From Actinomycetota bacterium (GTDB lineage: Bacteria > Actinomycetota > Acidimicrobiia > Acidimicrobiales > Ilumatobacteraceae), in contig JACQZX010000035.1 in assembly GCA_016213665.1 (NCBI GenBank), forward strand, positions 1,037 through 65,036: a DNA stretch of 64,000 nt, written 5' to 3'. The notes below the pieces were generated by a model. The model had not been told where the DNA came from and did not search any database. It saw only the letters and a list, made by a program, of their open reading frames with translations. Shown here one piece after another: positions 34,420 through 45,209 of the stretch. The translations under genes were made by a program, and so were the position numbers. Numbering within the stretch: the first letter of the stretch is position 1; each line of letters starts with the position of its first letter.

Positions 34420-35601
34420 TCAGGCGCGCGCCCTACTTATCGCCTTCAGCAGCAGTCCATCGAAGTCGGACTCGTTCGCCGAATCCTCCTTGGCAGCATC
34501 GCCCTGCCGAGCGACAACCAAGCCAGTGCTCACCGAGACGTAGATCTTCTGATCCTGGGCACCGAGTGCAGCGACTAGGTCGGCAGGAGCGCCCTTGTTA
34601 CCCAGGCGCCCCCGGCCGAGTAACCACCACAGGTAGCCGTAATCCCGCTTCAACGACGTTGCAGTCCATGCCTGCGCGAACCACGCCGGTTCGGTGACTT
34701 GCGCCCCATCCCAGAAACCATTGCGAGCCGCGAAGAGGCCGTACCTTGCCATTTCCCGCGCAGTCAATCGCAACCCCCACTGGTGGTCGCCGACGGCATC
34801 AACCACACCGGCTCGATCAACCCACGAACTACCCGTGCTCAAACCAATGGTCGCGAACAACCAGTCGTTGCTGATGGAGTTGATGTCGGTTGCGGCAGCC
34901 ACTTCCAACACGCGCCGAAGTTTCTGGTACGCATCCGTGTTGTAGTCCCACACAGTGCCGGGGGCCGCCACTTTGCGAAGGTTGGTCGGGCTTAAGCCAC
35001 TACTCATCGTCATCAGGTGCAACAGCGTGATCAGCGCTTCATCACTTGGTGCGGCCGCGCTCCACCCGACGCCGAGATAGCTGGTCACCGTGTCGTCGAA
35101 GGCCAACAACCCGCGATCACGGGCGAGGCCAAGCAAGGTTGATGTGATCGATTTCTGGGCCGAGGCAACATCACGAACAGTTGTTGCCGTCGCGCCCTGC
35201 CAGTACTGCTCGGCCACAATACGACCCTCGAAAAGCATGATGAATGACTGGCCGTAGGTCTCACCTACAAGCTCGAGTACGTCAGCAATGCCGCCGTCGG
35301 TGAAGCCGGCGGCGGACGGACTTAACGTCTCCCACTCGCCGTCGGCGGGCGGAAAGTACGTCGATGTTCCGCTTGGCGCCGTCGTCGCAGCCGTAGTTGA
35401 AGTCGTAGTTGAAGTCGTAGTCGAAGCCGTAGTCGAAGCCGTAGTCGGTTGAAGCACGGTGGTGGACTCGTCAGTGACGGTCGGCGAAGTGTTGGCGGTG
35501 CCATCGCGCCGATCACCCTGGCACGCGGTCATGCCGCCGATCAGCACCGACGCTGTCCCGGCTAACACGGCGCGGCGCGACACGACCTGAGCTGCCTGCA
35601 T
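34420..35601 (-). CDS. Serine hydrolase (beta-lactamase family) lipoprotein with Thr/Ser-rich linker
   Basis: The signal and lipobox are GGMTACQG. The SxxK motif reads SAQK. The linker is TTASTTASTTTSTTTSTTAATT. Confidence 0.75.
   Translation of the reverse strand: MQAAQVVSRRAVLAGTASVLIGGMTACQGDRRDGTANTSPTVTDESTTVLQPTTASTTASTTTSTTTSTTAATTAPSGTSTYFPPADGEWETLSPSAAGFTDGGIADVLELVGETYGQSFIMLFEGRIVAEQYWQGATATTVRDVASAQKSITSTLLGLARDRGLLAFDDTVTSYLGVGWSAAAPSDEALITLLHLMTMSSGLSPTNLRKVAAPGTVWDYNTDAYQKLRRVLEVAAATDINSISNDWLFATIGLSTGSSWVDRAGVVDAVGDHQWGLRLTAREMARYGLFAARNGFWDGAQVTEPAWFAQAWTATSLKRDYGYLWWLLGRGRLGNKGAPADLVAALGAQDQKIYVSVSTGLVVARQGDAAKEDSANESDFDGLLLKAISRARA
35389..35448. repeat. Five tandem 12-bp units encoding the Thr/Ser linker
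   Basis: agccgtagttga / agtcgtagttga / agtcgtagtcga / agccgtagtcga / agccgtagtcgg. Confidence 0.85.
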
Positions 35602-35693
35602 TGATTTAGTCTAGTTGAACCGGCCTGCCCCGGTCGGAACGACCGTCCAACAATCAAACCGCGGTGAGCGGTACAACCTGAAAGACTGACTCA

Positions 35694-35945
35694 ATGCGCG
35701 TGAGCGAACTGATCGAGATGCTCAAGGACCAGCCGCCCGACGCAGAGGTGGAGTTGGCCGTGGTCGCGCCTGTTGGCGGCGAGGACGACGACGACATCAC
35801 CGTCGACCGCTACAGCGTGGAAGGCATGCTTCCCTGGCGCGACGAGGACGAGGCCGGCAACGAGGAAGAACTTGTGATCTGGCTGGTGGGCGGCGAGGAC
35901 GACGACGTCGAAGCATTTCTCGATGCCGTCGAGCACCAGGAATGA
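35694..35945 (+). CDS. Small highly acidic hypothetical protein
   Basis: 83 aa and Asp/Glu-rich. ATGA-coupled to the next gene. Confidence 0.45.
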   Translation: MRVSELIEMLKDQPPDAEVELAVVAPVGGEDDDDITVDRYSVEGMLPWRDEDEAGNEEELVIWLVGGEDDDVEAFLDAVEHQE

Positions 35946-37360
35946 CCAAGCGCGCTGTTGCGCTGGTTGCCGCGCTCGCAACCGTCTACGCCGCCATGTG
36001 GGGACTCGCCCGCTGGCGACCGTTCGAACACAACCGGGCAGCGATCGAGTGGCCCGAGAATGTCGCGCCGCTGGTCACGTACCTCGAAGAGATCAGCGAG
36101 CTTCAGTTCCGCGAGCCGATCAACTTCGAGTTCATCGCCCAAGTGACTGAGTACAGCGATCGCGTGCGCGATCCCGCGCCGGAACTGTCGGTTTCAGCGC
36201 TCGCCGCGAGCGATGTCGACGAGGCCATCGGCAGAGCGTTGGGTCTGTGGACCGGCGATGCGTCGCTGGTTGAAACCCTCGAAACCGTCAATAGTGCGAG
36301 TCCCCGCCCCGTGCGCTGGTTGCCAGACGACAACCTGGTCATAGTCAATGCACGCGACGCAGAGTCGTTCCTGCCTGCAAGCACTCGCGCAGACCTGCTC
36401 GTTTACCTCACGCAGGCCCTCATCGACCAGAACTTCGGCATTGTCGAGCGTTTGCGCGCCACGGCCACCTCGCAGGAGTACGACGCGATCGCAGCGCTTC
36501 ATCTCGGCTACGCGCTGTGGGTTCACGACGAGTACGTCGCCGACTTGGGCGACAGCGACCAACAAAGTTACGAATACCAAACGCGAACGCAGAGCGAACG
36601 CTACAGCGATGAAGTCGCCTCGGTTCCGGCGACGTTCCGAGCGATTCGCATCGCGTTCCAAGTTCTCGCGCCGACCTTTATAACCGCGCTCATCGAGCAG
36701 GACCCCGCGCTGGTCGTGCAGGCCTTCGCCGGTGACTTCCCCGATGCGCTCGACCAAATCAGTCTGCCGACCGCGAAGTACGTGCACGACGACCCTGTCG
36801 AAGCGGTCGATTCTCCTCCCGGTCCGCGCGGTGCATCGATTCACTACAGCGAGCAGCTCGGGCCATTTCGGTTGTTCCTGATGTTCACAACCGGGTTGCC
36901 CGCCAACGAAGCACTCACCGCCAGCGATGGCTGGGGCAATGATCGATTCACAGCTTATGAACTGAACGGCAGCGAATGCATCGACGTTCACATCGTCGCC
37001 GACAGCCCGGCGGATGCCGATCGCATAGACCGTGCAGTGAACCGTTGGGCGGCTACTCGACCGGCGGCCGCCAAGGCCTTGGTCGCCCGCGACGGAGTGC
37101 ACCTCTACGCCTCGGTGTGTGACCCGGGGGTCGACGCGACGCAGGCCGTGATCGCCGACAACGAGATCGAGCAGTACTTCGCCCGCGCTGACCTATTGCG
37201 CCAGCAAGCAGTCGACACCGGCGAACCGGCGCTGGCAGAGTGCATTGCCACCGACTTCTACGCGCGGTTCACGGTCGATCAGATCGCCACCAACTCAGCA
37301 GGCGTCGATCTCGAAGCCGAGTTCGCCGCTATCCAAGACGACTGCCGCAGCACCCTGTAG
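35942..37360 (+). CDS. Membrane-anchored/secreted hypothetical protein (472 aa)
   Basis: N-terminal hydrophobic anchor VALVAALATVYAAMWGL. No family recognised. Confidence 0.5.
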   Translation: MTKRAVALVAALATVYAAMWGLARWRPFEHNRAAIEWPENVAPLVTYLEEISELQFREPINFEFIAQVTEYSDRVRDPAPELSVSALAASDVDEAIGRALGLWTGDASLVETLETVNSASPRPVRWLPDDNLVIVNARDAESFLPASTRADLLVYLTQALIDQNFGIVERLRATATSQEYDAIAALHLGYALWVHDEYVADLGDSDQQSYEYQTRTQSERYSDEVASVPATFRAIRIAFQVLAPTFITALIEQDPALVVQAFAGDFPDALDQISLPTAKYVHDDPVEAVDSPPGPRGASIHYSEQLGPFRLFLMFTTGLPANEALTASDGWGNDRFTAYELNGSECIDVHIVADSPADADRIDRAVNRWAATRPAAAKALVARDGVHLYASVCDPGVDATQAVIADNEIEQYFARADLLRQQAVDTGEPALAECIATDFYARFTVDQIATNSAGVDLEAEFAAIQDDCRSTL

Positions 37361-37365
37361 CAAGT

Positions 37366-38685
37366 TCACGGACCGGTGAATAGTGCGCCACGCGAACCGT
37401 GGTTGCCGGCAGGACCGACCACCAGATCGGACTGCCGGTTCTTGACCTCGGCGCGCGCTACCACTTGGTGATGCACTTCGTCGGGTCCATCGGCCAGGCG
37501 AATAGTGCGCAGGCTGTGCCACATGTCGGCCAGCGGGAACCACTGCGAGATTCCTGCCGCGCCGTGTATCTGGATTGCTTTATCGACGATGTCGCAACAC
37601 TTCTCCGGCACCATCGCCTTCACCGCACTCACCCAAACGCGTGCTTCGGCGTTGCCGAGGGTGTCCATTGCCTTGGCGGCGCGCAGCACCATCAACCTCA
37701 TCGCCTCGACCTCGATACGGGCACGCGAAACGACCTCCATGTTCTTGCCGAGGTTGATCAACTTCTTGCCGAAGCCTTCGCGACTGAGACCGCGGTCGAC
37801 CATCATCTCGATGGCTCGTTCGGCGGAGCCGATCGAGCGCATGCAATGGTGAATGCGACCTGGCCCGAGCCGCAACTGCGAGATCTCAAACCCACGTCCC
37901 TCGCCGAGAAGAATGTTCTCCTTCGGCACGCGCACGTCGGTGAAACGAATGTGCATGTGACCGTGAGGTGCATCGTCGGAACCGAACACTTCCATTCCCG
38001 TGACGATCTCGACGCCCGGCGTATCCATCGGCACGAGAATCTGTGACTGCTGCTTGTAGGCATCGGCCTGCGGACTGGTGCGCACCATCGTGATCATGAT
38101 CTTGCAACGCGGGTCGCCGGCGCCGGAGATGTAGAACTTCTCACCGTTGATCAACCACTCGTCGCCGTCGAGGACGGCGCTTGTCTGAATCTGGCGTGCG
38201 TCGCTGCTCATGACACCGGGCTCGGTCATCGCGTAGGCCGACCTGATCTCACCGCGTAGCAGCGGCTCGAGCCATTGCCGCTTCTGCTCGGGGGTGCCAA
38301 CACGTTCGATCACTTCCATGTTGCCGGTGTCGGGCGCAGAGCAGTTGAGGCATTCGGACGCGAGACGGTTCTTGCCGAGCTCGGTGGCGATGTAGGCATA
38401 GTCGAGGTTGCTCAACCCCTCGCCCGTCTCGGCGTTGGGCAGGAAGAAGTTCCAGAGTCCCAAGGAGCGAGCCTTCACCTTGGCGGTCTCCAGCAGTTCC
38501 AGCTGGCCGGGTGCCCAACTCCATCGATCGGCACGACCTTCGCCAAGCCGATAGAACTCCTCGGTAATCGGGTCGACCTCGTCGACAATGAACGCCTTCA
38601 CCGCCTCGTAGAGCGGCCGCGCCTTCTCCGACATGCGCAGGTCGAAATCGTCCATGCTTGCCGCCTTCAATGCACCACCAGCCAT
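37366..38685 (-). CDS. Acyl-CoA dehydrogenase
   Basis: The ACAD pattern runs throughout (YAMTEPGVMSSDA, FYISGAGD, GPDEVH). Confidence 0.85.
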   Translation of the reverse strand: MAGGALKAASMDDFDLRMSEKARPLYEAVKAFIVDEVDPITEEFYRLGEGRADRWSWAPGQLELLETAKVKARSLGLWNFFLPNAETGEGLSNLDYAYIATELGKNRLASECLNCSAPDTGNMEVIERVGTPEQKRQWLEPLLRGEIRSAYAMTEPGVMSSDARQIQTSAVLDGDEWLINGEKFYISGAGDPRCKIMITMVRTSPQADAYKQQSQILVPMDTPGVEIVTGMEVFGSDDAPHGHMHIRFTDVRVPKENILLGEGRGFEISQLRLGPGRIHHCMRSIGSAERAIEMMVDRGLSREGFGKKLINLGKNMEVVSRARIEVEAMRLMVLRAAKAMDTLGNAEARVWVSAVKAMVPEKCCDIVDKAIQIHGAAGISQWFPLADMWHSLRTIRLADGPDEVHHQVVARAEVKNRQSDLVVGPAGNHGSRGALFTGP

Positions 38686-38775
38686 TACGTGTTCCTCTCG
38701 ATCGTCGCTCCTGCACTGCCACCTGCGTCCACTCTGCCACAGGACGGTGGTTTCTATGGAGTGCCTAAGGTCCCG

Positions 38776-39618
38776 TCATCGCTTGTGAGCAGTGATGAAC
38801 CAAGTCGCCGATTTGAACAGCACTCCATCGGAGGTCTCGTGCGACCGCATGGCATCGTGCAACGCGGCGAGGGCTGTCTCCTTGGTCGCATCGTCGAGAC
38901 CACCGAGCAGCCCACGCGCCACAGAAGTTTGACACGCGAACGCGAGGGCCTCGGCGGCGTTGGCCCCGAAGTAGAAATCGCCGGTCACCGGCTCGTGCTT
39001 GATGTCGCTGAAACCGGCGTCGGTCAACCAGCCGCGCCCGAGTTCGGGGTCGGCGAACGCGAACGGGCTTGGAGCCGTCGGGGGCGGTTTCGGCAAATCG
39101 CGGCCTGCAGACAACGTCTCGCTCATTGTCCGGAACTGCTCGTTGACAGCGATCGACTGCCAAACGACAAGCAGTAACCGCCCGCCCGGACGCAGGGCGC
39201 GGGCGATGTTTGCGAAGGCAGCGACTTTGTCGGCGAAGAACATCGACCCGAATCGACTCATCGCCAAGTCGAAGGTGCCGTCACCGAATCGGTGTACCTG
39301 AGCGTCAGCTTGGACGTATTCCACGTTGCGCAACCCTGCGGCCTCGGTCAGTTCTCGGCCCTTGGCGAGCATCTGCGACGACAGATCGACGCCAAGCACT
39401 GAGCCCGAAGGGGTAGCGGTCGCCATATCGCGCGTCGATTGGCCGTTGCCGCAACCCACGTCAAGCACGCGCTCGCCGTCGGTAATCGCCGCCGCGGTCA
39501 AGATTGGGCCGCGATAACTCTGTAGGGAGCGGTCGTAGTGCTCCCAGTTAGCGGCCCACCCCGCGCCCTCGTCGCCATCCCATGCGGCTGCCTGCTCGAC
39601 ATTCACGATCTCGTGCAT
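38776..39618 (-). CDS. Class I SAM-dependent methyltransferase
   Basis: VLDVGCGNG motif I and LRPGGRLLLVV. Confidence 0.8.
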   Translation of the reverse strand: MHEIVNVEQAAAWDGDEGAGWAANWEHYDRSLQSYRGPILTAAAITDGERVLDVGCGNGQSTRDMATATPSGSVLGVDLSSQMLAKGRELTEAAGLRNVEYVQADAQVHRFGDGTFDLAMSRFGSMFFADKVAAFANIARALRPGGRLLLVVWQSIAVNEQFRTMSETLSAGRDLPKPPPTAPSPFAFADPELGRGWLTDAGFSDIKHEPVTGDFYFGANAAEALAFACQTSVARGLLGGLDDATKETALAALHDAMRSHETSDGVLFKSATWFITAHKR

Positions 39619-39699
39619 GTGGTCCTCCGTCGGTATTCAATGCCGAGATGCGACGATAGTCCTTTTCCAAATATGTCGGCGTCGCGTCGCGCGTGTCCG

Positions 39700-40317
39700 C
39701 TAGGAAGCCAGCGGCACCGGCTTGGCAACCTGCAGTACCGTCACGGCATCCATTGTCCGGGTACGCGACGTGATCGGGATATCCGAGACAGCAAGATTCG
39801 CGGACGCCGCCAGCGAGCCAGTCTCGACACCGACCAAGTGACCGCGCTCGACAACCGCAGTGATCGCCATCATCTTCAACGACATGACCACAGACATCGG
39901 GATCTTGTTGAGCTCGAGGCCATCGACGGTGAGTGCGACGTGCGGCGAGTGCGTGGAACTGATGATGTGATCGGCCAACTGCACCACCTCGCGGCCGCCG
40001 GCGACCGTGCGGCGACCGGCAGCAAGCAAGGAGCCGTGTTGCTGCCAGGCGCGATACACGACCGCTGTCAGACCGATGTCCAGTAGATCGAGCAGCGCAT
40101 TCCGAACCTCGCGCTGAGCCACCTTGCGCACCACCGAGGGCAGGTTGTCGTAATCACCCCCCTTGTCGGCGAGCGCTGCCGCCGCTTGCTCGGGCGTGTC
40201 GAAGAGCAGCGTCTTGACTGTCGACTCCGCGGGCGGCGCCACGACAGCCGTCGGTGGCGACCAAGTCGCTGCCGCACCGACATTGGCGCCGCCGACATTG
40301 GGTGGGGGCAGACTCAT
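39700..40317 (-). CDS. Hypothetical protein (205 aa)
   Basis: ATGA-coupled to the upstream gene. No domain recognised. Confidence 0.45.
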   Translation of the reverse strand: MSLPPPNVGGANVGAAATWSPPTAVVAPPAESTVKTLLFDTPEQAAAALADKGGDYDNLPSVVRKVAQREVRNALLDLLDIGLTAVVYRAWQQHGSLLAAGRRTVAGGREVVQLADHIISSTHSPHVALTVDGLELNKIPMSVVMSLKMMAITAVVERGHLVGVETGSLAASANLAVSDIPITSRTRTMDAVTVLQVAKPVPLAS

Positions 40318-41204
40318 TCCATGGCCTCCGATATCTGTTGGGTGCCGATCGCGTCGGGCCAGGCGCGCACGCCGAGCGCAATCGAGTGCCGCTGATTCGG
40401 ATCGGGGGTTTGTGTAACACCGGCGCCACCGTCGTCCGGCACCCGCCGGACGGATACTCGACGGCGAGCCCGGCGCACGCGCACCCGTTGCCCGGCCGTC
40501 GCCGCGACCACTACCGCGAGCGCGGCGCCAGCAGCCGGGACAAGCACCTCGGTGACTGCGTCCCCGTCGCTCGCTTGCCCCGCCCCACCGGTTGTGGCCT
40601 CAGCGACGATCGCCGTCGGCACCTCATCGACGGAGGTGCCGCAGCGCGGCGCGCTCGCGCCGTTTAGGTCCAACCACCCCCCGCGGACTGCCGTGTCGTC
40701 CTGCAGCATCATGTTCAGCACGCCCGACGCGAGTGCGGCAACGACCGCCGCCTGCCGCGCGGCATCGACGGCTGGCGCGGCAGGGTCGCAGGCGATGTTG
40801 AGCAAATCGACTACCAAACTGCGCTCCCCACCGCTGAAGCCACCGTGGACGACGACACAACCGGGCATGCCACCCTGAGCCCAGGCACAGTCCTCGAAGG
40901 GTTCATCGACGGCGACGACCAACGAGTCGGTGTCCTGCAAGCTGTCAGTGGGCGCTTCAATTTCAAGATACAGCACTGCGCTCAGCATCTGCTCAGGTGG
41001 TTCGAACCGAAAGGTCAAACAGCGGAGCATGTCCTCGCCCTCGTCGCCGAGCGTCACTCGACGGCTCGCACATTCCCACAAGGAGTTGTCGGCATCGTTG
41101 TCGACCGCCTCATGAACGTCGGCGCGCGCCGTGCTCGACATCAGTCCCACCATCCCGATGGCGGCGACCACCGCCGCTGCGCAACGGCTGTACCCGTTCA
41201 TCAA
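40314..41204 (-). CDS. Secreted, C-terminally membrane-anchored Cys-containing hypothetical protein
   Basis: The signal peptide ends ...LMSSTARA. A TM helix near the C-terminus (VLVPAAGAALAVVVAATAG) is followed by RVRVRRARRR. Confidence 0.5.
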   Translation of the reverse strand: MMNGYSRCAAAVVAAIGMVGLMSSTARADVHEAVDNDADNSLWECASRRVTLGDEGEDMLRCLTFRFEPPEQMLSAVLYLEIEAPTDSLQDTDSLVVAVDEPFEDCAWAQGGMPGCVVVHGGFSGGERSLVVDLLNIACDPAAPAVDAARQAAVVAALASGVLNMMLQDDTAVRGGWLDLNGASAPRCGTSVDEVPTAIVAEATTGGAGQASDGDAVTEVLVPAAGAALAVVVAATAGQRVRVRRARRRVSVRRVPDDGGAGVTQTPDPNQRHSIALGVRAWPDAIGTQQISEAME

Positions 41205-41261
41205 AGCATTATCGCATCAATACAAACAGCCACTATCCAATCGCTCCTCGGTAGGAGTAAG

Positions 41262-41738
41262 GTCCGCGCCACGGAAACCGAACGAGGCGTTGAGCGCCGT
41301 GAGTTCATTCGAACGGCCGCGGGCGGCACTATTGGCGTGGTGCTCGGCGGCGAGGGGTTACTTTCCGCCTGCACCAGCAACGCGACCGAAGCTAGTCAGG
41401 TCACCGCTCACGCCGACACGATCGACACCACCAGCGTCCTCGGCTCGGCCTCATCGGTCGCGTCAACGACGCCGCCGACTCCAGCGACAGCAGTCGACGC
41501 TACCGTTGAGGCGTTTGTGTGGAGGTTGTCGACGCGTAGCCAGCGCGCCCCGTGCACAGCGTGCAAGGCCCATGCAGCTCACCGGTACTTCACCTCCGAT
41601 GTCGCCGCCGATTCCGGGCGGGCACATCCGGGGTGCTCGTGCGAGGTGCGCGAGCAGCGCACAACTGTTGGGCAGCTAGCGACCTGGTTTGCCCCAGTCG
41701 GCGGCGAAGTATTCGACGATCGTTGGCCGACTGGGTAG
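41262..41738 (+). CDS. Tat-signal lipoprotein with Cys/His-rich C-terminal part (start unresolved)
   Basis: ERREFIRTAAGGTIGVVLGGEGLLSAC gives an RR motif plus lipobox. The C-terminal part reads CTACKAHAAHRYF...HPGCSCEV. The SD-like GGTAGGAG (41249-41256) is not followed by a canonical start codon before the RR motif. Confidence 0.4.
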   Translation, partial: VRATETERGVERREFIRTAAGGTIGVVLGGEGLLSACTSNATEASQVTAHADTIDTTSVLGSASSVASTTPPTPATAVDATVEAFVWRLSTRSQRAPCTACKAHAAHRYFTSDVAADSGRAHPGCSCEVREQRTTVGQLATWFAPVGGEVFDDRWPTG

Positions 41739-41875
41739 GGAGGACACGACGACGAGCGGAGCATCGAGGAAGGGGAATCGGCTACCACCGATGAGCAGGC
41801 CGCTCATGCGTGCCTTCCAGGAGGCCCTCCTCCTCCCCTCCCTGGGTGCTCCGCCCGCTCGTCACAACGATTCGG

Positions 41876-41948
<73 letters not shown>

Positions 41949-42043
41949 GAAAATCGGGAAGTCGCCACCGCTTCCCGGCTCTGTGTCAGCTCACAGACGT
42001 TGTGTCGCTCTGTGCGCTGACACAGAGATCGAACGGCCGCGCT

Positions 42044-42119
42044 TGGCTCCGAGAGCAGGGCTCGAACCTGCGACCCGCTGATTAACAGTCAGCTGCTCTG
42101 CCAACTGAGCTATCTCGGA
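42044..42119 (-). tRNA. tRNA-Asn (anticodon GTT), CCA encoded
   Basis: Acceptor stem TCCGAGA/TCTCGGA, anticodon loop CTGTTAA, T-arm GCAGGTTCGAGCCCTGC, 3' GCCA. Confidence 0.9.
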
Positions 42120-42150
42120 AAGGCGAGTTGAGGATAGCAAAATCGCCAAG

Positions 42151-43443
42151 TCACTCCTCCTCCAGAAACTCCTTCAAACGTTGGCTGCGCATCGGGTGTC
42201 GCAGCTTGGCGAGCGTCTTGGCCTCAATTTGGCGCACTCGCTCGCGGGTGACCTGAAACTCCTTGCCGACGTCCTCCAGCGTGCGCGCCTGCCCGTCATC
42301 GAGACCGAATCGCATGCGAACGATCTCGCGCTCGCGCTCGCTCAGCTCGCCCAACGCTTCCTCCACCGCTTGCGTGAGCATGCTGCGGGTGGCCATGTCG
42401 GCCGGAACATCCGCAGACAGATCGGGAATGAAGTCGGCGAAGTTGCTGTCGTCCTCCTCGCCCACCGGTGAGTCGAGCGACAGCGGATCTTGCGAGATAC
42501 GAAGAATCTCACGAACGCGATCGACGGTGACACCGCACCGGTCGGCGACCTCGTCGAGTGTCGGCTCGCGTTCGAGTTCCTGATGCATCTGGCGCTGCAT
42601 ACGCAACACGCGGTTCATGCTCTCCACCATGTGCACCGGGATGCGAATTGTGCGCGCCTGATCGGCGATGCTGCGCGTGATCGCCTGTCGAATCCACCAG
42701 GTTGCGTAAGTCGAGAACTTGAAGCCCTTGGTGTGGTCGAACTTGTCGACCGCGCGCATCAGACCCATGTTGCCTTCTTGAATCAGGTCAAGGAACTGCA
42801 TGCCGCGTCCGCTGTATCGCTTGGCGATGCTCACCACCAATCGCAAGTTGGCCTGGATGAGTTCGCTCTTGGCCAGTTGCCCACCCGTGACCTGGCGCAT
42901 CAGTTGCCGCCGCGTGTCGCCCTTGATGACCTTGCCCTGGTGCTCGGCATCGAGCTTCATCGCCGCTTGGTTGCCGATGACGATCGCCTGTGCCAGAGCC
43001 CGCTCGTCGTTGGTGGTGAGCAGGTCGACTCGCCCAATCTCCTTGAGATACATCCTCACCGTGTCGGCGGTATTGCCCATGTCGCTGCCGTCGGCGCTCA
43101 ATCGTTCGCTACGTCGCTTGCGACGGCGGCTGAGTAGGCCTTCGGTGTCTTCCACCTCGACCGCGGGCTTGCGCTCGGCGCCAGCGGGAGGGGTCTCGTC
43201 GGTGAGTTCGTCGACAACGTCGTCGATGGTGATGCCGCGGGCCGCGAGAATGTTGGTGACGTCGAGCAACACGTCGGTTGTCAGTTCGATATCGCGGAAC
43301 ACGTGAGTGATGTCTTCGGCGTGCAGCACCCCCCGCACAGCTCCGCGAGTCACCATCGCCTGCCATTCGCCGGCATCGACACCCACGTATGGGGTCGACC
43401 CGACAGTTGTCTCAGCCGTGCGCTTGCTCACTCGATCCCTCAC
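42151..43443 (-). CDS. rpoD: Principal RNA polymerase sigma factor
   Basis: Regions 2-4 are present: [48 protein letters not shown] and [23 protein letters not shown]. Start uncertain (in-frame GTG 43443, GTG 43386 or ATG 43356). Confidence 0.9.
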   Translation of the reverse strand: MRDRVSKRTAETTVGSTPYVGVDAGEWQAMVTRGAVRGVLHAEDITHVFRDIELTTDVLLDVTNILAARGITIDDVVDELTDETPPAGAERKPAVEVEDTEGLLSRRRKRRSERLSADGSDMGNTADTVRMYLKEIGRVDLLTTNDERALAQAIVIGNQAAMKLDAEHQGKVIKGDTRRQLMRQVTGGQLAKSELIQANLRLVVSIAKRYSGRGMQFLDLIQEGNMGLMRAVDKFDHTKGFKFSTYATWWIRQAITRSIADQARTIRIPVHMVESMNRVLRMQRQMHQELEREPTLDEVADRCGVTVDRVREILRISQDPLSLDSPVGEEDDSNFADFIPDLSADVPADMATRSMLTQAVEEALGELSEREREIVRMRFGLDDGQARTLEDVGKEFQVTRERVRQIEAKTLAKLRHPMRSQRLKEFLEEE

Positions 43444-45175
43444 TCGCCGCTTGCAGCCACCCTAGCAATGCCTCCGCACCGGCATCGCCAGCGTCGGTCT
43501 GCTCGATCTCCTCCAGCGCGAGCCGTGCATCGCGAATCGCACGAACCGCCTCGGGATCTGTGACTGTCACCAGCGTCGCCAGCCGTCGCCGCGTCGCGGC
43601 CGCAATCAGATTCCGCGCTTCCAGCACAGGATCGGCTTCGACATCAGCGACCGCTGCCCGCTCGAGGAACTCACGCGCTTCGGGGTCGGCGAGATCCAAC
43701 GCGGCTTCGACCGCGCCTGCCGAGTCGGCGACGGCAAGGAAGGCGCGTCTGGCCACCTCGTCGACGAACAGCTCCTCCATCAGCCAGGGAGCGATGTCGT
43801 CCCATCGCTGCAGCAACATCGCGATTGCAACGAACTCGGCGTTCTCGGGGCTTCCGATCTTGCGCAGTGGAGTCACTCGCACAACCGGCGACTTCGCCCC
43901 GCGGTCGGCCAGCGCCACGAGATCGCCGGGAGGAATCGCAACATGCGAAGCAACCTGCCCGGCATACAGCTTGCGTACCTCACGATTCGGGTGTTCGTTG
44001 ATTACGGCCATCGCTTGCCCTGCGACTTGCGCACGATCTTCCGGCGACCGCAACTTGCGACTGTTCAGCACTCGATTGACGCGGAAGCCGAGAAACGGCA
44101 GGGCTTGATCGACCGCCTGGCGCAGCGCATCGGGGTCGTTGATACTCAGATCGCCGGGATCCTGATCCTTGGGAAACTGGGCGACGCCGACACTCACCTG
44201 GTAGCGCTCCTCCCACTCGTAGAAGCGTTGTGCCGCACCCTGGCCGGCAGCATCGGCATCGAAGGCCAGCACCACCTGCGTCGCATAGCGCTTGAGCAGG
44301 CGGACGTGATCCTCGGTTAGCGCGGTGCCGCACGTCGCCACCGCGCGCTTGATTCCCGCACGATGAAAACCGATGACGTCGGTGTAACCCTCACACACGA
44401 TCACCTGATCGGCGGCAACAATGTCGGCCTTGGCCCAATTGAGGCCGTACAGAGTCTTGGACTTGGCATAGATCGCAGTCTCGGACGAGTTCTTGTACTT
44501 GGCCGGATCGGAACTGCCGGGAAGAACGCGACCGCCGAAGGCCACCGGGTCTCCGTTCTCACCGTAGATCGGGAACAGAACCCGCGCGCGAAACGAATCC
44601 TGAACGCGACCGGCCTTGTTCGTGAAGGCCAGGCCGACGTCGCGCAGTAGTTCGGACGGCACACCGATGTCCTTGGACATCGCATCCCAGTCATCGGGTG
44701 CCCACCCGAGCTTGAACGTGCGAGCGACATCACCGGCCAGACCTCGTCGGCGCAGGTAGTCACGCGCGCCACGCGCATCGGGACTTTCGAGTAGTCGCTG
44801 GTGATACCACTCCACCGCCTTACCCATCGACTCGATCAACTGCCTACGCTTCTGGCGCTGCCGATCGCCGACCTCGCCCGTGGTGTAGCGCAATTGCACG
44901 TTTGCCTTGGCAGCAAGCGATTCGACTGCGGCCACGAAGTCGACATGCTCGATCTCCTGAACGAACTTGAATGCATCGCCACCAGCGCCACATCCGAAAC
45001 ACTTGTAACGGCCGGTCTCGTCGCGCACGTTGAAAGAACCGGTGCGCTCGGCATGGAAAGGGCACAGTCCGACCCAGTTGCGGCCGACTCGGCGCAGCGC
45101 AACATATTGCTGAACAACATCGGACAAGACGAGCGAGGCCCGCAGCAGTTCGAGATCCTCGTCGACAATCGCCAT
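43412..45175 (-). CDS. dnaG: DNA primase
   Basis: Zinc finger: [13 protein letters not shown]...[17 protein letters not shown]: [14 protein letters not shown] 45175 within a longer ORF. Confidence 0.9.
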   Translation of the reverse strand: MAIVDEDLELLRASLVLSDVVQQYVALRRVGRNWVGLCPFHAERTGSFNVRDETGRYKCFGCGAGGDAFKFVQEIEHVDFVAAVESLAAKANVQLRYTTGEVGDRQRQKRRQLIESMGKAVEWYHQRLLESPDARGARDYLRRRGLAGDVARTFKLGWAPDDWDAMSKDIGVPSELLRDVGLAFTNKAGRVQDSFRARVLFPIYGENGDPVAFGGRVLPGSSDPAKYKNSSETAIYAKSKTLYGLNWAKADIVAADQVIVCEGYTDVIGFHRAGIKRAVATCGTALTEDHVRLLKRYATQVVLAFDADAAGQGAAQRFYEWEERYQVSVGVAQFPKDQDPGDLSINDPDALRQAVDQALPFLGFRVNRVLNSRKLRSPEDRAQVAGQAMAVINEHPNREVRKLYAGQVASHVAIPPGDLVALADRGAKSPVVRVTPLRKIGSPENAEFVAIAMLLQRWDDIAPWLMEELFVDEVARRAFLAVADSAGAVEAALDLADPEAREFLERAAVADVEADPVLEARNLIAAATRRRLATLVTVTDPEAVRAIRDARLALEEIEQTDAGDAGAEALLGWLQAASEGSSEQAHG

Positions 45176-45209
45176 TGGGCAGCACTGTACTTGCGACGGT
45201 GTCGGGTGC

